Part shown: in pieces, positions 1-10,006 of the stretch
How the letters are laid out: each line of letters starts with the position of its first letter
Position numbering within the stretch: position 1 is the first letter of the stretch
From: Nitratireductor sp.
Lineage (GTDB): Bacteria > Pseudomonadota > Alphaproteobacteria > Rhizobiales > Rhizobiaceae
Direction of reading: 5' to 3'
Assembly (NCBI GenBank): GCA_039973095.1
Contig: JBDWLQ010000005.1
Span: forward strand, 183,849-247,848
DNA length: 64,000 bases
Translations under genes and position numbers: made by a program
Notes under the pieces: generated by a model
The model's database searches: none
Seen by the model: the letters and a program-made list of their open reading frames with translations, nothing else
Told to the model about the DNA's origin: nothing

Positions 1-2
1 TC

Positions 3-233
3 ATCCTCGGCTGCCATAACCGTCATACCGACGCCGCGGCGCTGGTCGAGGAACTCGGTGGCCCCTTCGCCGGCGGCGGGGCGGGGCTCCATGTCCTGCA
101 CACCGACGACTATCCGAATTTCCGCGACGGCTATTTCTGCGTTGGCGACGGTCCGTATGGGTCGCATGGTGATGCCGCGAGCATCGCCTGGAACGAGGCC
201 GTGCCGGACGCCTATGTCAAGAACGGCTGCTGA
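3..233 (+). CDS. 3' end of an unidentified protein-coding gene (5' part outside the window)
   Basis: Frame 3 is open from the window edge to TGA at 231-233 (...YFCVGDGPYGSHGDAASIAWNEAVPDAYVKNGC*). Third codon positions strongly prefer G/C. It is absent from the ORF track because no start codon lies in the window. No family recognised. Confidence 0.45.
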   Translation: MLGCHNRHTDAAALVEELGGPFAGGGAGLHVLHTDDYPNFRDGYFCVGDGPYGSHGDAASIAWNEAVPDAYVKNGC

Positions 234-437
234 CGGCCGCTAGAGCGTCGGCGCCCCCGCCTGAGCGGCGCTTGCAGCCGCCCCGGACCGGGCGCGCTTG
301 AATTTGCGCTGGCAATCCGCGTGATTTTACACTATATGCGCCGCAGCATTGCGCTGGGCGCATGCACAAATGGCCCCCGCTGGACGACATCCCGGCCGTG
401 GGCGACTCTTCCTGATCAAGAACAGAAAGGATGCACG

Positions 438-707
438 ATGTCGATTACCGCCGCGCGCAAGCAGGAATTGCTGACCGAATACGCGACCCAGAAGGACGAT
501 ACCGGTTCTCCGGAAGTCCAGGTGGCGATCCTTTCGGAGCGCATCAAGAATCTGACCGAGCATTTCAAGACCCACGCCAAGGACAACCATTCCCGGCGCG
601 GTTTGTTGAAACTGGTGTCGCAGCGCCGTTCTCTTCTCGACTATCTCAAGAAGAAGGACGTTGCCCGCTACCAGACCCTGATCGGAAAGCTCGGTCTGCG
701 TCGCTAA
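438..707 (+). CDS. rpsO: 30S ribosomal protein bS15
   Basis: ATG at 438 follows a gaaagga SD. The 89-aa product [12 protein letters not shown]...LIGKLGLRR is a full-length S15 and shows rpsO-pnp synteny. The ORF-track start at 321 was rejected. Confidence 0.97.
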   Translation: MSITAARKQELLTEYATQKDDTGSPEVQVAILSERIKNLTEHFKTHAKDNHSRRGLLKLVSQRRSLLDYLKKKDVARYQTLIGKLGLRR

Positions 708-713
708 TGTTCG

Positions 714-750
714 AACGGCGGATCCCGCATGGGGTCCGCCGTTTGAATGT
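714..750 (+). terminator. Rho-independent terminator/attenuator after rpsO
   Basis: 13-bp stem aacggcggatccc / ggggtccgccgtt (one G-U pair) with loop gcat at 714-743, followed by tgaatgtttt. Confidence 0.7.
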
Positions 751-974
751 TTTGGGCCGGACGTAATAGGCCCGATCGGTTTGCGCCGCCGAACCGCGGA
801 GGCAAACCGCCCATGGGCAGGTCATGGGGCAGGATTGCAGGACGCCCGGGTGTCGAAAGACACCGACCACGGACGTCGCGCTGTCTTGCCCATGGCTCGT
901 CCGCAATGAAGCCAGACGGAAACGGTCCGCGCAAAAGCGTCGGACATCGGCGTTTCCGCATATGAGAGACACAC

Positions 975-3125
975 ATGTTCAATCACCACAAAGTGGAAAT
1001 CGAATGGGGCGGCCGTCCGCTCACCCTCGAAACCGGCAAGATCGCACGCCAGGCCGACGGCGCCGTGCTCGCCACCTATGGCGAAACGGTCGTGCTGGCG
1101 ACCATCGTATCGGCCAAGGAGCCGAAGGCCGGCTTCGACTTCTTCCCGCTGACCGTCAACTACCAGGAAAAGACCTTTGCCGCCGGCAAGATCCCGGGCG
1201 GTTTCTTCAAGCGTGAAGGCCGCCCGAGCGAGAAGGAGACGCTGACCTCGCGCCTGATCGACCGCCCGATCCGCCCGCTTTTCGTCGACGGCTACAAAAA
1301 CGACACCCAGGTCGTCCTGACCGTTCTGCAGCACGATCTGGAAAATGATCCCGATATCGTTGCCATGGTCGCCGCCTCGGCCGCGCTCACCCTGTCGGGC
1401 GTGCCGTTCATGGGGCCGATCGGCGCGGCGCGCGTCGGGTATATCGGCGGCGAGTACGTGCTCAACCCGCATCTCGACGAGATGGAGGAGTCCAAGCTCG
1501 ACCTGGTCGTTGCCGGCACCGGCGAAGCCGTGCTGATGGTGGAATCGGAAGCCCAGGAGCTTTCCGAAGACGTCATGCTCGGCGCGGTCATGTTCGGCCA
1601 CAAGAACTACCAGGCGGTGATCGACGCGGTCATCAAGCTGGCCGAAGTCGCCGCCAAGGAGCCACGCGAGTTCACGCCGACCGATCTTTCCGAGCTCGAA
1701 GCCGAGATGCTGAAGATCGCCGAAACCGAGCTGCGCGCAGCCTACAAGCTGACCGACAAGCAGGAGCGCTACAACGCCGTCGACGCCGTCAAGGCCAAGG
1801 TCAAGGCAGCGCTGTTGCCGGAAGGCGAGGAAGAGCCCAAATGGACCGGTGAGCAGATCGGCACCGTCTTCAAGGGCCTGCAGGCCAAGATCGTGCGCTG
1901 GAACATTCTCGACACCGGCAACCGCATCGACGGCCGCGACCTTGAGACCGTGCGTCCGATCGTCGCCGAAGTCGGCGTCCTGCCGCGCACCCACGGTTCG
2001 GCCGTGTTCACCCGCGGCGAAACCCAGGCCCTGGTCGTCGCCACGCTCGGCACCGGCGAGGACGAGCAGTTCATCGACGCACTGACGGGAACCTACAAGG
2101 AAGCCTTCCTGCTTCACTACAATTTCCCGCCCTATTCCGTCGGCGAGACCGGCCGCATGGGCTCGCCCGGCCGTCGCGAGATCGGTCACGGCAAGCTTGC
2201 CTGGCGCGCCGTGCATCCGTTGCTGCCGGCGCCCGATCAGTTCCCCTACACGCTGCGCGTCGTCTCCGAGATCACCGAATCCAACGGGTCCTCGTCCATG
2301 GCCACCGTCTGCGGCACCTCGCTGGCGCTGATGGATGCCGGCGTGCCGCTGTCCAAGCCGGTTGCCGGCATCGCGATGGGCCTGATCAAGGAAGACGAGC
2401 GTTTTGCCGTCCTGTCCGACATTCTCGGCGATGAGGATCATCTCGGCGACATGGACTTCAAGGTCGCCGGCACCGACGAGGGCATCACCTCCCTGCAGAT
2501 GGACATCAAGATCGATGGCATCACCGAGGAGATCATGAAGGTGGCGCTCGGCCAGGCCAAGGGCGGCCGCCTGCACATTCTCGGCGAGATGTCCAAGGCG
2601 CTGTCGGAGAGCCGCGGCGAGCTCGGCGAATTCGCGCCGCGCATCGAGGTCGTGACCATCCCGACCGACAAGATCCGCGACGTGATCGGCGCCGGCGGCA
2701 AGGTGATCCGCGAGATCGTCGAAAAGACCGGTGCCAAGATCAACATCGACGACGACGGCACGGTCAAGATCGCCTCGTCCAATGCCAAGGAGATCGAGGC
2801 GGCGAAGAAGTGGATCCACACCATCGTCGCCGAGCCGGAAGTCGGCGAGATCTACGAGGGTACGGTCGTCAAGACCGCCGATTTCGGCGCCTTCGTCAAT
2901 TTCTTCGGCCCGCGTGACGGCCTTGTGCACATCTCCCAGCTCGCCAATGAGCGCGTCGCCAAGACCACCGACGTGGTCAAGGAAGGCGACAAGGTCTTCG
3001 TGAAGCTGATGGGCTTCGACGAGCGCGGCAAGGTGCGCCTGTCCATGAAGGTCGTCGATCAGGAGACCGGCAAGGAAGTCGCCAGGGAAAAGAAGAAGGA
3101 AGAGACTGAAGACACCGACGCCTGA
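975..3125 (+). CDS. pnp: Polyribonucleotide nucleotidyltransferase (PNPase)
   Basis: 716-aa ORF with duplicated RNase PH-like core, then KH and S1 regions ([19 protein letters not shown]). It lies directly downstream of rpsO. Confidence 0.98.
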   Translation: MFNHHKVEIEWGGRPLTLETGKIARQADGAVLATYGETVVLATIVSAKEPKAGFDFFPLTVNYQEKTFAAGKIPGGFFKREGRPSEKETLTSRLIDRPIRPLFVDGYKNDTQVVLTVLQHDLENDPDIVAMVAASAALTLSGVPFMGPIGAARVGYIGGEYVLNPHLDEMEESKLDLVVAGTGEAVLMVESEAQELSEDVMLGAVMFGHKNYQAVIDAVIKLAEVAAKEPREFTPTDLSELEAEMLKIAETELRAAYKLTDKQERYNAVDAVKAKVKAALLPEGEEEPKWTGEQIGTVFKGLQAKIVRWNILDTGNRIDGRDLETVRPIVAEVGVLPRTHGSAVFTRGETQALVVATLGTGEDEQFIDALTGTYKEAFLLHYNFPPYSVGETGRMGSPGRREIGHGKLAWRAVHPLLPAPDQFPYTLRVVSEITESNGSSSMATVCGTSLALMDAGVPLSKPVAGIAMGLIKEDERFAVLSDILGDEDHLGDMDFKVAGTDEGITSLQMDIKIDGITEEIMKVALGQAKGGRLHILGEMSKALSESRGELGEFAPRIEVVTIPTDKIRDVIGAGGKVIREIVEKTGAKINIDDDGTVKIASSNAKEIEAAKKWIHTIVAEPEVGEIYEGTVVKTADFGAFVNFFGPRDGLVHISQLANERVAKTTDVVKEGDKVFVKLMGFDERGKVRLSMKVVDQETGKEVAREKKKEETEDTDA

Positions 3126-3148
3126 GCGCCGGACTTCCGACGGATCGC

Positions 3149-3178
3149 ACGGGCGCGCCTCGCAAGGGGCGCGCCCGT
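3149..3178 (+). terminator. GC-rich hairpin downstream of pnp (possible terminator, weak T-tract)
   Basis: Inverted repeat acgggcgcgcc ... ggcgcgcccgt, 24 nt after the pnp stop. Only tgccatt follows it. Confidence 0.4.
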
Positions 3179-3224
3179 TGCCATTCGAACACCAGCTGTT
3201 GCGGCCGCACGGGCAACGGGGATC

Positions 3225-4250
3225 ATGACCGAAAACTCCACGAAAACGCTGTTTCATCCGTTCGAAAGCGGAACGCTTCCGGTGCCGGGACCTGGAGAGC
3301 GGGCGCTGTTTCTGGGGGCGGTGGCCGGCTTCCGGCTACCGGACGGCTTTGCCGCCGATCTGCGGGCGGTGCAGGGCTTCCGTCCGGACCTCCTTGCCCT
3401 GGAGCGGGGCGGTGTGGCCGTGACGCCCGAACCGCATGGGGATGGCTACGATCTGTCGATGGTGCTGCTCGGCCGCCATCGCGGCCAGAACGAGGCCCGC
3501 ATCGCGGAAGCCTATGCCCGCACCCGCGCCGGCGGCCTCATCATGGTCGCCGGGGGCAAGAAGGATGGCGCCGACAGCTTGCGCAAGCGTCTCGGCAGGA
3601 GGCTGGCCCTCGACGGCAGCCTGTCCAAACATCACGGTATCGTCTTCTGGTTTGCCGGAACTGAAGCCGCGGCGCCCGTCATGGCGGAGCTTGCGGCAGG
3701 CCGGCGTGTGGCGATCCTCGATGGCCGCTTCCAGGCCGCGCCGGGCATGTTTTCGCACGACCGCATCGATCCGGGTTCGCGACTGCTAGCGGAGCATCTC
3801 CCGGAAAAGCTCGCCGGCCGGGCTGCCGATTTCGGCGCCGGCTGGGGCTACCTTGCCGCCGCGCTGCTTGAGCGCGCCGGGCAGACCCTTTCCGGTCTCG
3901 ACCTCTACGAGGCCGATCACGCCGCGCTGGAGGCGGCCAAGAACAATCTTGCCGCTCATGCCGGTCGCCTGCCGCTCGGTTTCCACTGGCGGGATCTGTT
4001 GAGCGAACCCGTGCCGCGCCAATACGATGTCGTGGTCATGAATCCGCCTTTCCACCACGGCCGGGCGGCCGACCCGGCGATCGGAACGGGCATGATCCGC
4101 GCGGCGAGCGCTGCGCTCAAACCGGGCGGCCGGCTTTTTCTGGTCGCCAATCGGGGACTGCCCTACGAAACCGACCTGGCGACGATGTTTGCCGCGTCCG
4201 GCGAGACACTGCGCGACGCGCGTTTCAAGCTGCTTTGGGCCCGCCGCTGA
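3225..4250 (+). CDS. Class I SAM-dependent methyltransferase, RsmC/RsmD-like (rRNA N2-guanine methyltransferase family)
   Basis: 341-aa ORF with motif I DFGAGWGYL and motif IV VVMNPPFH in the C-terminal half, a domain layout like RsmC. Confidence 0.7.
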   Translation: MTENSTKTLFHPFESGTLPVPGPGERALFLGAVAGFRLPDGFAADLRAVQGFRPDLLALERGGVAVTPEPHGDGYDLSMVLLGRHRGQNEARIAEAYARTRAGGLIMVAGGKKDGADSLRKRLGRRLALDGSLSKHHGIVFWFAGTEAAAPVMAELAAGRRVAILDGRFQAAPGMFSHDRIDPGSRLLAEHLPEKLAGRAADFGAGWGYLAAALLERAGQTLSGLDLYEADHAALEAAKNNLAAHAGRLPLGFHWRDLLSEPVPRQYDVVVMNPPFHHGRAADPAIGTGMIRAASAALKPGGRLFLVANRGLPYETDLATMFAASGETLRDARFKLLWARR

Positions 4251-4301
4251 CTGCCACGGGCCAGGCCTGCCGCGCTCTGGGCGCCAGACGGCGCCGGCGG
4301 C

Positions 4302-5843
4302 TCAATGCACGGCGTGCCGAACCTCGACCGCCTCGCCTCCGCGCACCATCAAAGGCTGCGGCTTGCCGAACAGATATCCCTGGAACACGTCGCAGCCGGC
4401 CGCGCGCAACAAGGTTGCCTGATCCTCGGTCTCCACCCCTTCGGCGATTGTGTCGACGCCCAGCGCGCGCGACAATCCCACGATGGTCGACACCACCGCG
4501 CCGCCATTGCTGCGATCGATACGCGAGACGAAGGAGCGGTCGATCTTGAGTTTCTGGAACGAGAAATCGATCAGATAGGACAGGTTCGAATATCCGGTCC
4601 CGAAATCGTCGACGGCCACCGTCAGGCCCATCGCGGTAAATTCCCGAAGGATTTCGGCGGCGCGCGTGCGGTCCTGCATCATTGCGGTTTCGGTGACTTC
4701 GAGCTCGAGCCGCGACGGCGGCAGACCGGTATCGTCCAGCACCTGTCGAACCAGGCTGGCGAAATCCTTGGTCATGAACTGCACCGGCGAGATGTTGACG
4801 GCCACGAAGCAATCGTCCGGCAGGGTATGCGCATCCGTGCAGGCCTTGCGCAGCACCCATTCGCCGATCGGGCCGATGATTCCGGTCTCTTCCGCGATCG
4901 GAATGAATTCGGCCGGTGAGATCATGCCGCGGGCCGGATGGCTCCAGCGGATCAGGGCTTCGTAGCCGACGACGCGGCCTTTCATGTGATCGAATTGCGG
5001 CTGGTAGTGGAGATCGAAATCGCCGCGGTCGAAGGCGGTGCTCAACTCCGCTTCGATCCACTGCCGGTAGTCGGCCACCTGTCCCATCTCCGGCTGAAAC
5101 ACCGCCCAGTTGCCCATGCCGCTGGCGCGCGCGTGCTGCAGCGCGAGATTGGAGCGGCGCAACAGGACGATCGGGTCGTCGCCGTCCTTGGGAACCGCCA
5201 CGACCCCGACCGACAGGTTCAGCGACTGGAGATGCGAAGGAAGCTGATAGGGTTCCGTCATCTTTTCGATCAGCGTATCGATCATCGTTCCGATCTCTCC
5301 GCCGATCAGGCTGTCGGGCACCAGCGCGGCGAACTCGCCGGCACCGATCCGCCCGATTTCGGCGCCCTCCGGCAGGCAGGATTTCAGGCGCTGCGCGAAG
5401 GCGCGGATCACCTGGTCGCCCTGGCTGTAGCCGATGGCGTCATTGATCTGCTTGAACCGGTCGATGTCGAGGTCGATAAGGAAAACGGGTTCGCCCGCCC
5501 GCTCGGTGGTCGCCACGGCCTCGGCGGTTTTGCCGATCAGCGCGTTGCGGGAGTGGAAGCCGGTGAGCTTGTCGATCTGCGTTTCCCGGAACACGTAACC
5601 GGCCGATTCGTCGACGCCGGCGAAGAAGGACAGCGCCGCCCCGGCCGCCGCCAGCGCGCACAGCGCCGCCACGCTTGCGCCGACGATTTCCGGTGGCAGC
5701 CCGGCCAGGTCGCCGCCCAGCCCCGACCGCAAGGCCCACAGGCCGATGATGAAGCTGCCCAGGCCCGAGCTCGCTATGGTTATCATCCTGAATACAGGCG
5801 ACCGGTTTGGATCCGATGCGTCACGCATGGCAAAGTCCCTCAC
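4302..5843 (-). CDS. Membrane-anchored GGDEF(degenerate)-EAL protein, probable c-di-GMP phosphodiesterase
   Basis: 513 aa with N-terminal hydrophobic segments. The GGDEF-type domain carries RIGAGEF instead of GGDEF. EAL motifs are intact (YEALIRW, DDFGTGYSNL, KIDRSF, EGVET, QGYLFGKP). Confidence 0.85.
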   Translation of the reverse strand: MRDFAMRDASDPNRSPVFRMITIASSGLGSFIIGLWALRSGLGGDLAGLPPEIVGASVAALCALAAAGAALSFFAGVDESAGYVFRETQIDKLTGFHSRNALIGKTAEAVATTERAGEPVFLIDLDIDRFKQINDAIGYSQGDQVIRAFAQRLKSCLPEGAEIGRIGAGEFAALVPDSLIGGEIGTMIDTLIEKMTEPYQLPSHLQSLNLSVGVVAVPKDGDDPIVLLRRSNLALQHARASGMGNWAVFQPEMGQVADYRQWIEAELSTAFDRGDFDLHYQPQFDHMKGRVVGYEALIRWSHPARGMISPAEFIPIAEETGIIGPIGEWVLRKACTDAHTLPDDCFVAVNISPVQFMTKDFASLVRQVLDDTGLPPSRLELEVTETAMMQDRTRAAEILREFTAMGLTVAVDDFGTGYSNLSYLIDFSFQKLKIDRSFVSRIDRSNGGAVVSTIVGLSRALGVDTIAEGVETEDQATLLRAAGCDVFQGYLFGKPQPLMVRGGEAVEVRHAVH

Positions 5844-5924
5844 TCGCTATACGAAAGCACAGGCGAATTAAGGTTTGCTGCGTGGCTTTATTCGAATTTT
5901 AGCTGTCGCGTCGCGTTCGGTGGC

Positions 5925-6725
5925 TCACTCGGAACTCTTGAGTTCCTCGAGGCTCGGCATCGACACGATATGATAGCCGGAATCGACGTGATGGATTTCC
6001 CCCGTCACGCCCGCGGAGAGATCGGACAACAGATAAAGCGCCGAATTGCCCACCTGGTCGATGTCGACGCTGCGCCGCAGCGGGGAATTGCGTTGCTGAA
6101 AGGCGAACATGTGACGGGCATCGGCGACGCCTGCGCCTGCGAGCGTGCGCACCGGCCCCGCCGACAAGGCGTTGACGCGGATGCCGCGCGGCCCGAAATC
6201 GCTGGCCAGATAGCGCACGCTTGCTTCCAGGCCCGCCTTGGCCACGCCCATGACGTTGTAATTGGGCATCACGCGCGTCGAGCCGGCATAGGTCAGGGTC
6301 AGCATCGCGCCGTCATCGTTCATCATCGCGGCGGCGCGGCGCGCGACTTCGGTGAACGAAAAGCACGAAATCACCATTGTCCGGGTGAAATTGGCGCGCG
6401 TGGTGTCGGCGTAGAGTCCCTTGAGTTCGTTCTTGTCGGAAAAGCCGATCGCGTGCACGATGAAATCGAGCTTGCCCCATTCCGATTTCAGCGTGTCGAA
6501 CACCGCGTCGACCGAGCTTTCGTCCTCGACGTCGCAGGGCAGCACCAGCTTTACGGCGGCCTGTTCGGCAAGCGGTTTGACCCGCCGCCCGAACGCCTCG
6601 CCCTGATAGGTGAACGCCATCTCGGCGCCGTGCTCGTAGGCTTTCTTGGCGATGCCCCAGGCGATCGAGTGGTCGTTCGCCACGCCCATGACAAGGCCGC
6701 GCTTGCCCTTCATCAGTCCTTCCAT
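5925..6725 (-). CDS. fabI: Enoyl-ACP reductase (NADH)
   Basis: 266 aa with GVANDHSIAWGIA dinucleotide site and Y-x6-K (YNVMGVAK). An aggag SD overlaps the fabB stop. Confidence 0.95.
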   Translation of the reverse strand: MEGLMKGKRGLVMGVANDHSIAWGIAKKAYEHGAEMAFTYQGEAFGRRVKPLAEQAAVKLVLPCDVEDESSVDAVFDTLKSEWGKLDFIVHAIGFSDKNELKGLYADTTRANFTRTMVISCFSFTEVARRAAAMMNDDGAMLTLTYAGSTRVMPNYNVMGVAKAGLEASVRYLASDFGPRGIRVNALSAGPVRTLAGAGVADARHMFAFQQRNSPLRRSVDIDQVGNSALYLLSDLSAGVTGEIHHVDSGYHIVSMPSLEELKSSE

Positions 6726-6736
6726 AGTGCGGGCTC

Positions 6737-7957
6737 CTAACCGGAATGCCGCTGGAAGACAAGGGTGGCGTTGGTGCCGCCGAAACCGAAGGAATTCGAC
6801 AGCACTATGTCGATCTTGGCGTCGTCGATGCGCTCGCGCACGATCGGCGCGCCCTCGAATTCAGGGTCGAGCGTTTCGATATGCGCGCTCTTGCCGATGA
6901 AACCCGCCTGCATCATCAGGATCGAATAGATTGATTCCTGTACGCCGGCCGCGCCCAGCGAATGGCCGGTGAGCGATTTCGTCGACGCGATATGCGGCAT
7001 CTTGTCCCCGAAAACCTCGCGGATCGCGGCGATCTCGCGCGAATCGCCGACAGGCGTCGAGGTCCCGTGCGTATTGACGTAGTCGACCTCGCCTTCGACC
7101 GTCGCCAGCGCCTGGCGCATGCAGCGCACCGCGCCCTCGCCGGACGGCGCGACCATGTCGAACCCGTCCGACGTCGCGCCGTAGCCGACGATCTCGGCAT
7201 AGATCTTGGCGCCGCGCGCCTTGGCGTGCTCGAGCTCTTCGAGAACCAGCACGCCGGCGCCGCCGGCGATCACGAATCCGTCGCGGGTGACGTCATAGGC
7301 GCGCGAGGCCGTGGCGGCCTGGTCGTTGAACTTGGACGACATTGCGCCCATCGCGTCGAACAGGTTCGACATCGTCCAGTCGAGATCCTCGTGCCCGCCC
7401 GCGAACACGACGTCCTGCTTGCCCCACTGGATGAGCTCGGCCGCATTGCCGATGCAGTGCGCCGAGGTCGAGCACGCCGAGGAAATCGAATAGTTCACGC
7501 CGTGGATCTTGAACCAGGTCGCGAGCGTGGCGGACGCTGTCGAGGACATTGCCTTGGGCACGGCGAACGGCCCGATGCGCTTGGGACTGTTGTTCTTTTC
7601 CGTAATTGCCGCCGCTTCCACGATGGTGCGCGTCGACGGCCCGCCGGAGCCCATGATGATGCCGGTGCGTTCGTTGGTGATGTCGGTCTCGGCCAGTCCG
7701 GAATCGGCGATCGCCTGTTGCATGGCGACATGGTTCCAGGCGCCGCCCTTCGACAGAAAGCGCATCGCGCGGCGGTCGACCAGGTCCGTGGGGTCGAGCG
7801 TCGGCGCTCCCCAGACCTGGCAGCGAAAGCCGTGCTCGGCGAATTCGTCCGAAAAACTGATCCCCGATCGCGCATCGCGCAGCGAGGCTTCGACCTCGCC
7901 GGGATTGTTGCCGATCGACGAGACGATACCGAGTCCGGTTACGACGACACGTTTCAT
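6737..7957 (-). CDS. fabB: 3-oxoacyl-ACP synthase I
   Basis: 406 aa counted from ATG 7957 (SD gggagaa). Active-site Cys lies in SSACSTSAH, His motifs in HGTSTP and GHSLGAAG. It sits directly downstream of fabA. Confidence 0.93.
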   Translation of the reverse strand: MKRVVVTGLGIVSSIGNNPGEVEASLRDARSGISFSDEFAEHGFRCQVWGAPTLDPTDLVDRRAMRFLSKGGAWNHVAMQQAIADSGLAETDITNERTGIIMGSGGPSTRTIVEAAAITEKNNSPKRIGPFAVPKAMSSTASATLATWFKIHGVNYSISSACSTSAHCIGNAAELIQWGKQDVVFAGGHEDLDWTMSNLFDAMGAMSSKFNDQAATASRAYDVTRDGFVIAGGAGVLVLEELEHAKARGAKIYAEIVGYGATSDGFDMVAPSGEGAVRCMRQALATVEGEVDYVNTHGTSTPVGDSREIAAIREVFGDKMPHIASTKSLTGHSLGAAGVQESIYSILMMQAGFIGKSAHIETLDPEFEGAPIVRERIDDAKIDIVLSNSFGFGGTNATLVFQRHSG

Positions 7958-8005
7958 GTCGTTCTCCCTGGAATTGTTCAATGGGCCGTGTCCGGCCGGG
8001 CGAAG

Positions 8006-8518
8006 TTAGGCTTCCTGCTTGGCCAGGCCGACTTTCAGGTCGCAGGCCGTGTAGATCGTTTCGCCGTCCGCCTTCAGCCAGCCGTCGGCGATGCCCAGCA
8101 CCAGCCGGCCGCGCATGACGCGTTTGAAGTCGACGCCGAATTCGACCAGTTTGACGTCCGGTGTCACCATGCCCTTGAATTTGACCTCGCCGGTGGACAG
8201 CGCCATGCCTTTTCCCGGCTCGCCGAGCCAGCCCAGGAAAAAACCGGTCATTTGCCACATCGCGTCCAGGCCGAGGCAGCCCGGCATCACTGGATTGCCG
8301 ATGAAGTGGCACGGGAAGAACCAGAGTTCGGGCTTGATGTCCAGTTCCGCGCGGATCATGCCCTTGCCGTGTTCGCCGCCGGTTTCGCTGATCTCGGTGA
8401 TCCGGTCGAACATCAGCATGGGCGGCGCCGGAAGCTGGGCGTTGCCCGGTCCGAAAAGCTCGCCGCGCGCGCACGCCAGGAGCTCTTCGTATCCGTAGCT
8501 GGATTTCTGCTCTGCCAT
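8006..8518 (-). CDS. fabA: 3-hydroxydecanoyl-ACP dehydratase/isomerase
   Basis: 170 aa hot-dog fold with the FabA-type region [20 protein letters not shown]. Confidence 0.95.
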   Translation of the reverse strand: MAEQKSSYGYEELLACARGELFGPGNAQLPAPPMLMFDRITEISETGGEHGKGMIRAELDIKPELWFFPCHFIGNPVMPGCLGLDAMWQMTGFFLGWLGEPGKGMALSTGEVKFKGMVTPDVKLVEFGVDFKRVMRGRLVLGIADGWLKADGETIYTACDLKVGLAKQEA

Positions 8519-8680
8519 CAGACCCTTCCCGCTTTGTGAACACGGCCGGCAGCTCTGCCCGCCGCTTCCGCGCCCGGCCAGTTTGATCTGGCCGGGAGAA
8601 ACCTATGCCTGCGCTTATCGCGATGTGCTGCACGGGTCAATGTACCGCTATTGATCTGGATTTGCGGAGAAGTTATATCC

Positions 8681-8695
8681 TGAAATGTGAATTCA
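8681..8695 (+). promoter_or_regulatory. Candidate iron-responsive operator (TGA-N9-TCA, IRO/RirA-box-like) upstream of irr
   Basis: tgaaatgtgaattca lies 60 nt upstream of the irr ATG in the fabA-irr divergent region. This is a motif match only. Confidence 0.25.
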
Positions 8696-8754
8696 ACGCT
8701 GGACCCGGTCTGCCCGGCGGCGTGTGCGGGCCTGGCGCCCCGAAACGAGGTGAG

Positions 8755-9174
8755 ATGCTGGACACATTGTCTCTGGCGAAGAGGAAAGTGCGTACGGCTG
8801 GATTGCGGCCGACGCGGCAGCGCGTAGCGCTCGCCGATCTCCTGTTCGCCAAGGGCGACCGGCACCTGTCGGCCGAGGAACTGCACGAGGAAGCGGTCGA
8901 TGCCGGCGTTCCCGTGTCGCTGGCGACCGTCTACAACACATTGCACCAATTCACCGAGGCCGGCATGCTCCGCATCCTGGCCGTCGAGGGCTCCAAGACC
9001 TATTTCGACACCAACACGTCCGACCACCATCATTATTTCATCGAGGGCGAAAGTCGCGTCGTCGACATCCCCTCCGGTCCGGTCACCGTCCACAACCTGC
9101 CCGATCCGCCGGAAGGCATGGAAATCGTGAATGTGGATATCGTCGTGCGGCTCCGGCCCAGGCGCGGCGGCTGA
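8755..9174 (+). CDS. irr: Iron response regulator Irr (Fur family)
   Basis: ATG 8755 follows gaggtgag. The 140-aa Fur-family protein carries an HHH motif (DHHHYF, 9025-9033) and no Cys-Pro heme regulatory motif. It is divergent from fabA, as is typical of Rhizobiales irr. Confidence 0.85.
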   Translation: MLDTLSLAKRKVRTAGLRPTRQRVALADLLFAKGDRHLSAEELHEEAVDAGVPVSLATVYNTLHQFTEAGMLRILAVEGSKTYFDTNTSDHHHYFIEGESRVVDIPSGPVTVHNLPDPPEGMEIVNVDIVVRLRPRRGG

Positions 9175-9273
9175 CCCTGCTGCTTTTCGACATTCTGGAT
9201 ACACCGCCCGCGCGATGACGTGTGACGGGCCGCCGCTCGGCGATGACGAAGCCGGGTTTGCGGCCCTGACGCC

Positions 9274-9840
9274 TCAGTCCTCGATGGTTTCTCCGGGATA
9301 GGCGCCCCAAACCTGCTGCTGGCGCACCCAGCCGGTGTGACCGTCGAAATCCATCCGGCACCAGTCGCCGTTGCAGGCGCGGATCTCGCCCACCGCGCCC
9401 GGCTCAACCAGCGCGACCGTTCGCGCGTCGTCATAGGGTTCTTTGCGCAGGGCGATTTCCGCCGCCTTGCCGCGCTGCCAGGGAGCGGCGATCCCGGTGC
9501 GCCGGCCAGACAGCAGCGAGCCGCTGATCCAGCCTTCCACACCTTCCGAATCGCGCACCCGGCGCCAATTGTCGTATTCCTGGATGATTTCCATCGGCAG
9601 GCCGCTGCGCAGATAGAGCCAGTCGACCGCATAGCTGCGCCCGGGCCCGATCCGCAGATTGACGCGGCTTGCCTTCAGGCTCACGAAGCGCGGCAGCGGC
9701 AGGCCGCTCGGCCCGCGGGCCACCGGCTGTGAGGCGCCTGCCGACCAGGCCGGGGTGGAGGTGACTGTCGATGCGGTTGCCGTTGCCAGGAGAGCAGCCC
9801 CAACGGCCAGGCCAAGCGACACGAAACGCGACACGGTCAT
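9274..9840 (-). CDS. Secreted protein with bacterial SH3-like repeats (DUF1058-type)
   Basis: 188 aa with an N-terminal signal peptide and two SH3b-like segments (RFVSLKASRVNLRIGPG...; LRKEPYDDARTVALVEPG...). Confidence 0.7.
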   Translation of the reverse strand: MTVSRFVSLGLAVGAALLATATASTVTSTPAWSAGASQPVARGPSGLPLPRFVSLKASRVNLRIGPGRSYAVDWLYLRSGLPMEIIQEYDNWRRVRDSEGVEGWISGSLLSGRRTGIAAPWQRGKAAEIALRKEPYDDARTVALVEPGAVGEIRACNGDWCRMDFDGHTGWVRQQQVWGAYPGETIED

Positions 9841-10006
9841 TCCCTGAATTTCTAACTTGTTGCGGCCGCGTTAGCAGGCCGGCATTGTCCGGTTTTTCTT
9901 TGTCTTCATCAGGCCCAGTTGTTACACAGGGGCCGGGCCGATCACGCTGGCGAGTATCGCCCGTCTTGGTTAAAGAGGTCTCAACAGGACCCGGAACGAG
10001 GAAACG

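Noticed and set aside
822-3257. 811-aa ORF on the minus strand covering all of pnp.
   Set aside because: It is antisense to an unmistakable PNPase gene. The product is low-complexity and rich in Arg/Gly/Ala/Asp/Leu with no recognisable motifs. It is a typical stop-codon-poor shadow frame in high-GC DNA.
4938-6740. 600-aa plus-strand ORF spanning the antisense of the GGDEF-EAL gene and fabI. The same pattern applies to 6962..8539, 13248..14603, 16191..17474, 18864..20999, 29769..31940, 36490..38175, 44403..46574, 46915..48531, 52227..53903 and 57997..60057.
   Set aside because: Each lies opposite one or several well-supported genes and crosses gene boundaries. Each has Arg/Ala/Gly-dominated composition and no family motifs. 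They were treated as GC-driven shadow ORFs.
9844-9856. TTCTAA half-site resembling half of the Irr ICE box (TTTAGAA-N3-TTCTAAA), just upstream of the SH3-protein gene and near irr.
   Set aside because: Only one half-site is present, with no partner at the correct spacing, and it overlaps the ribosome-binding region. The evidence is insufficient.
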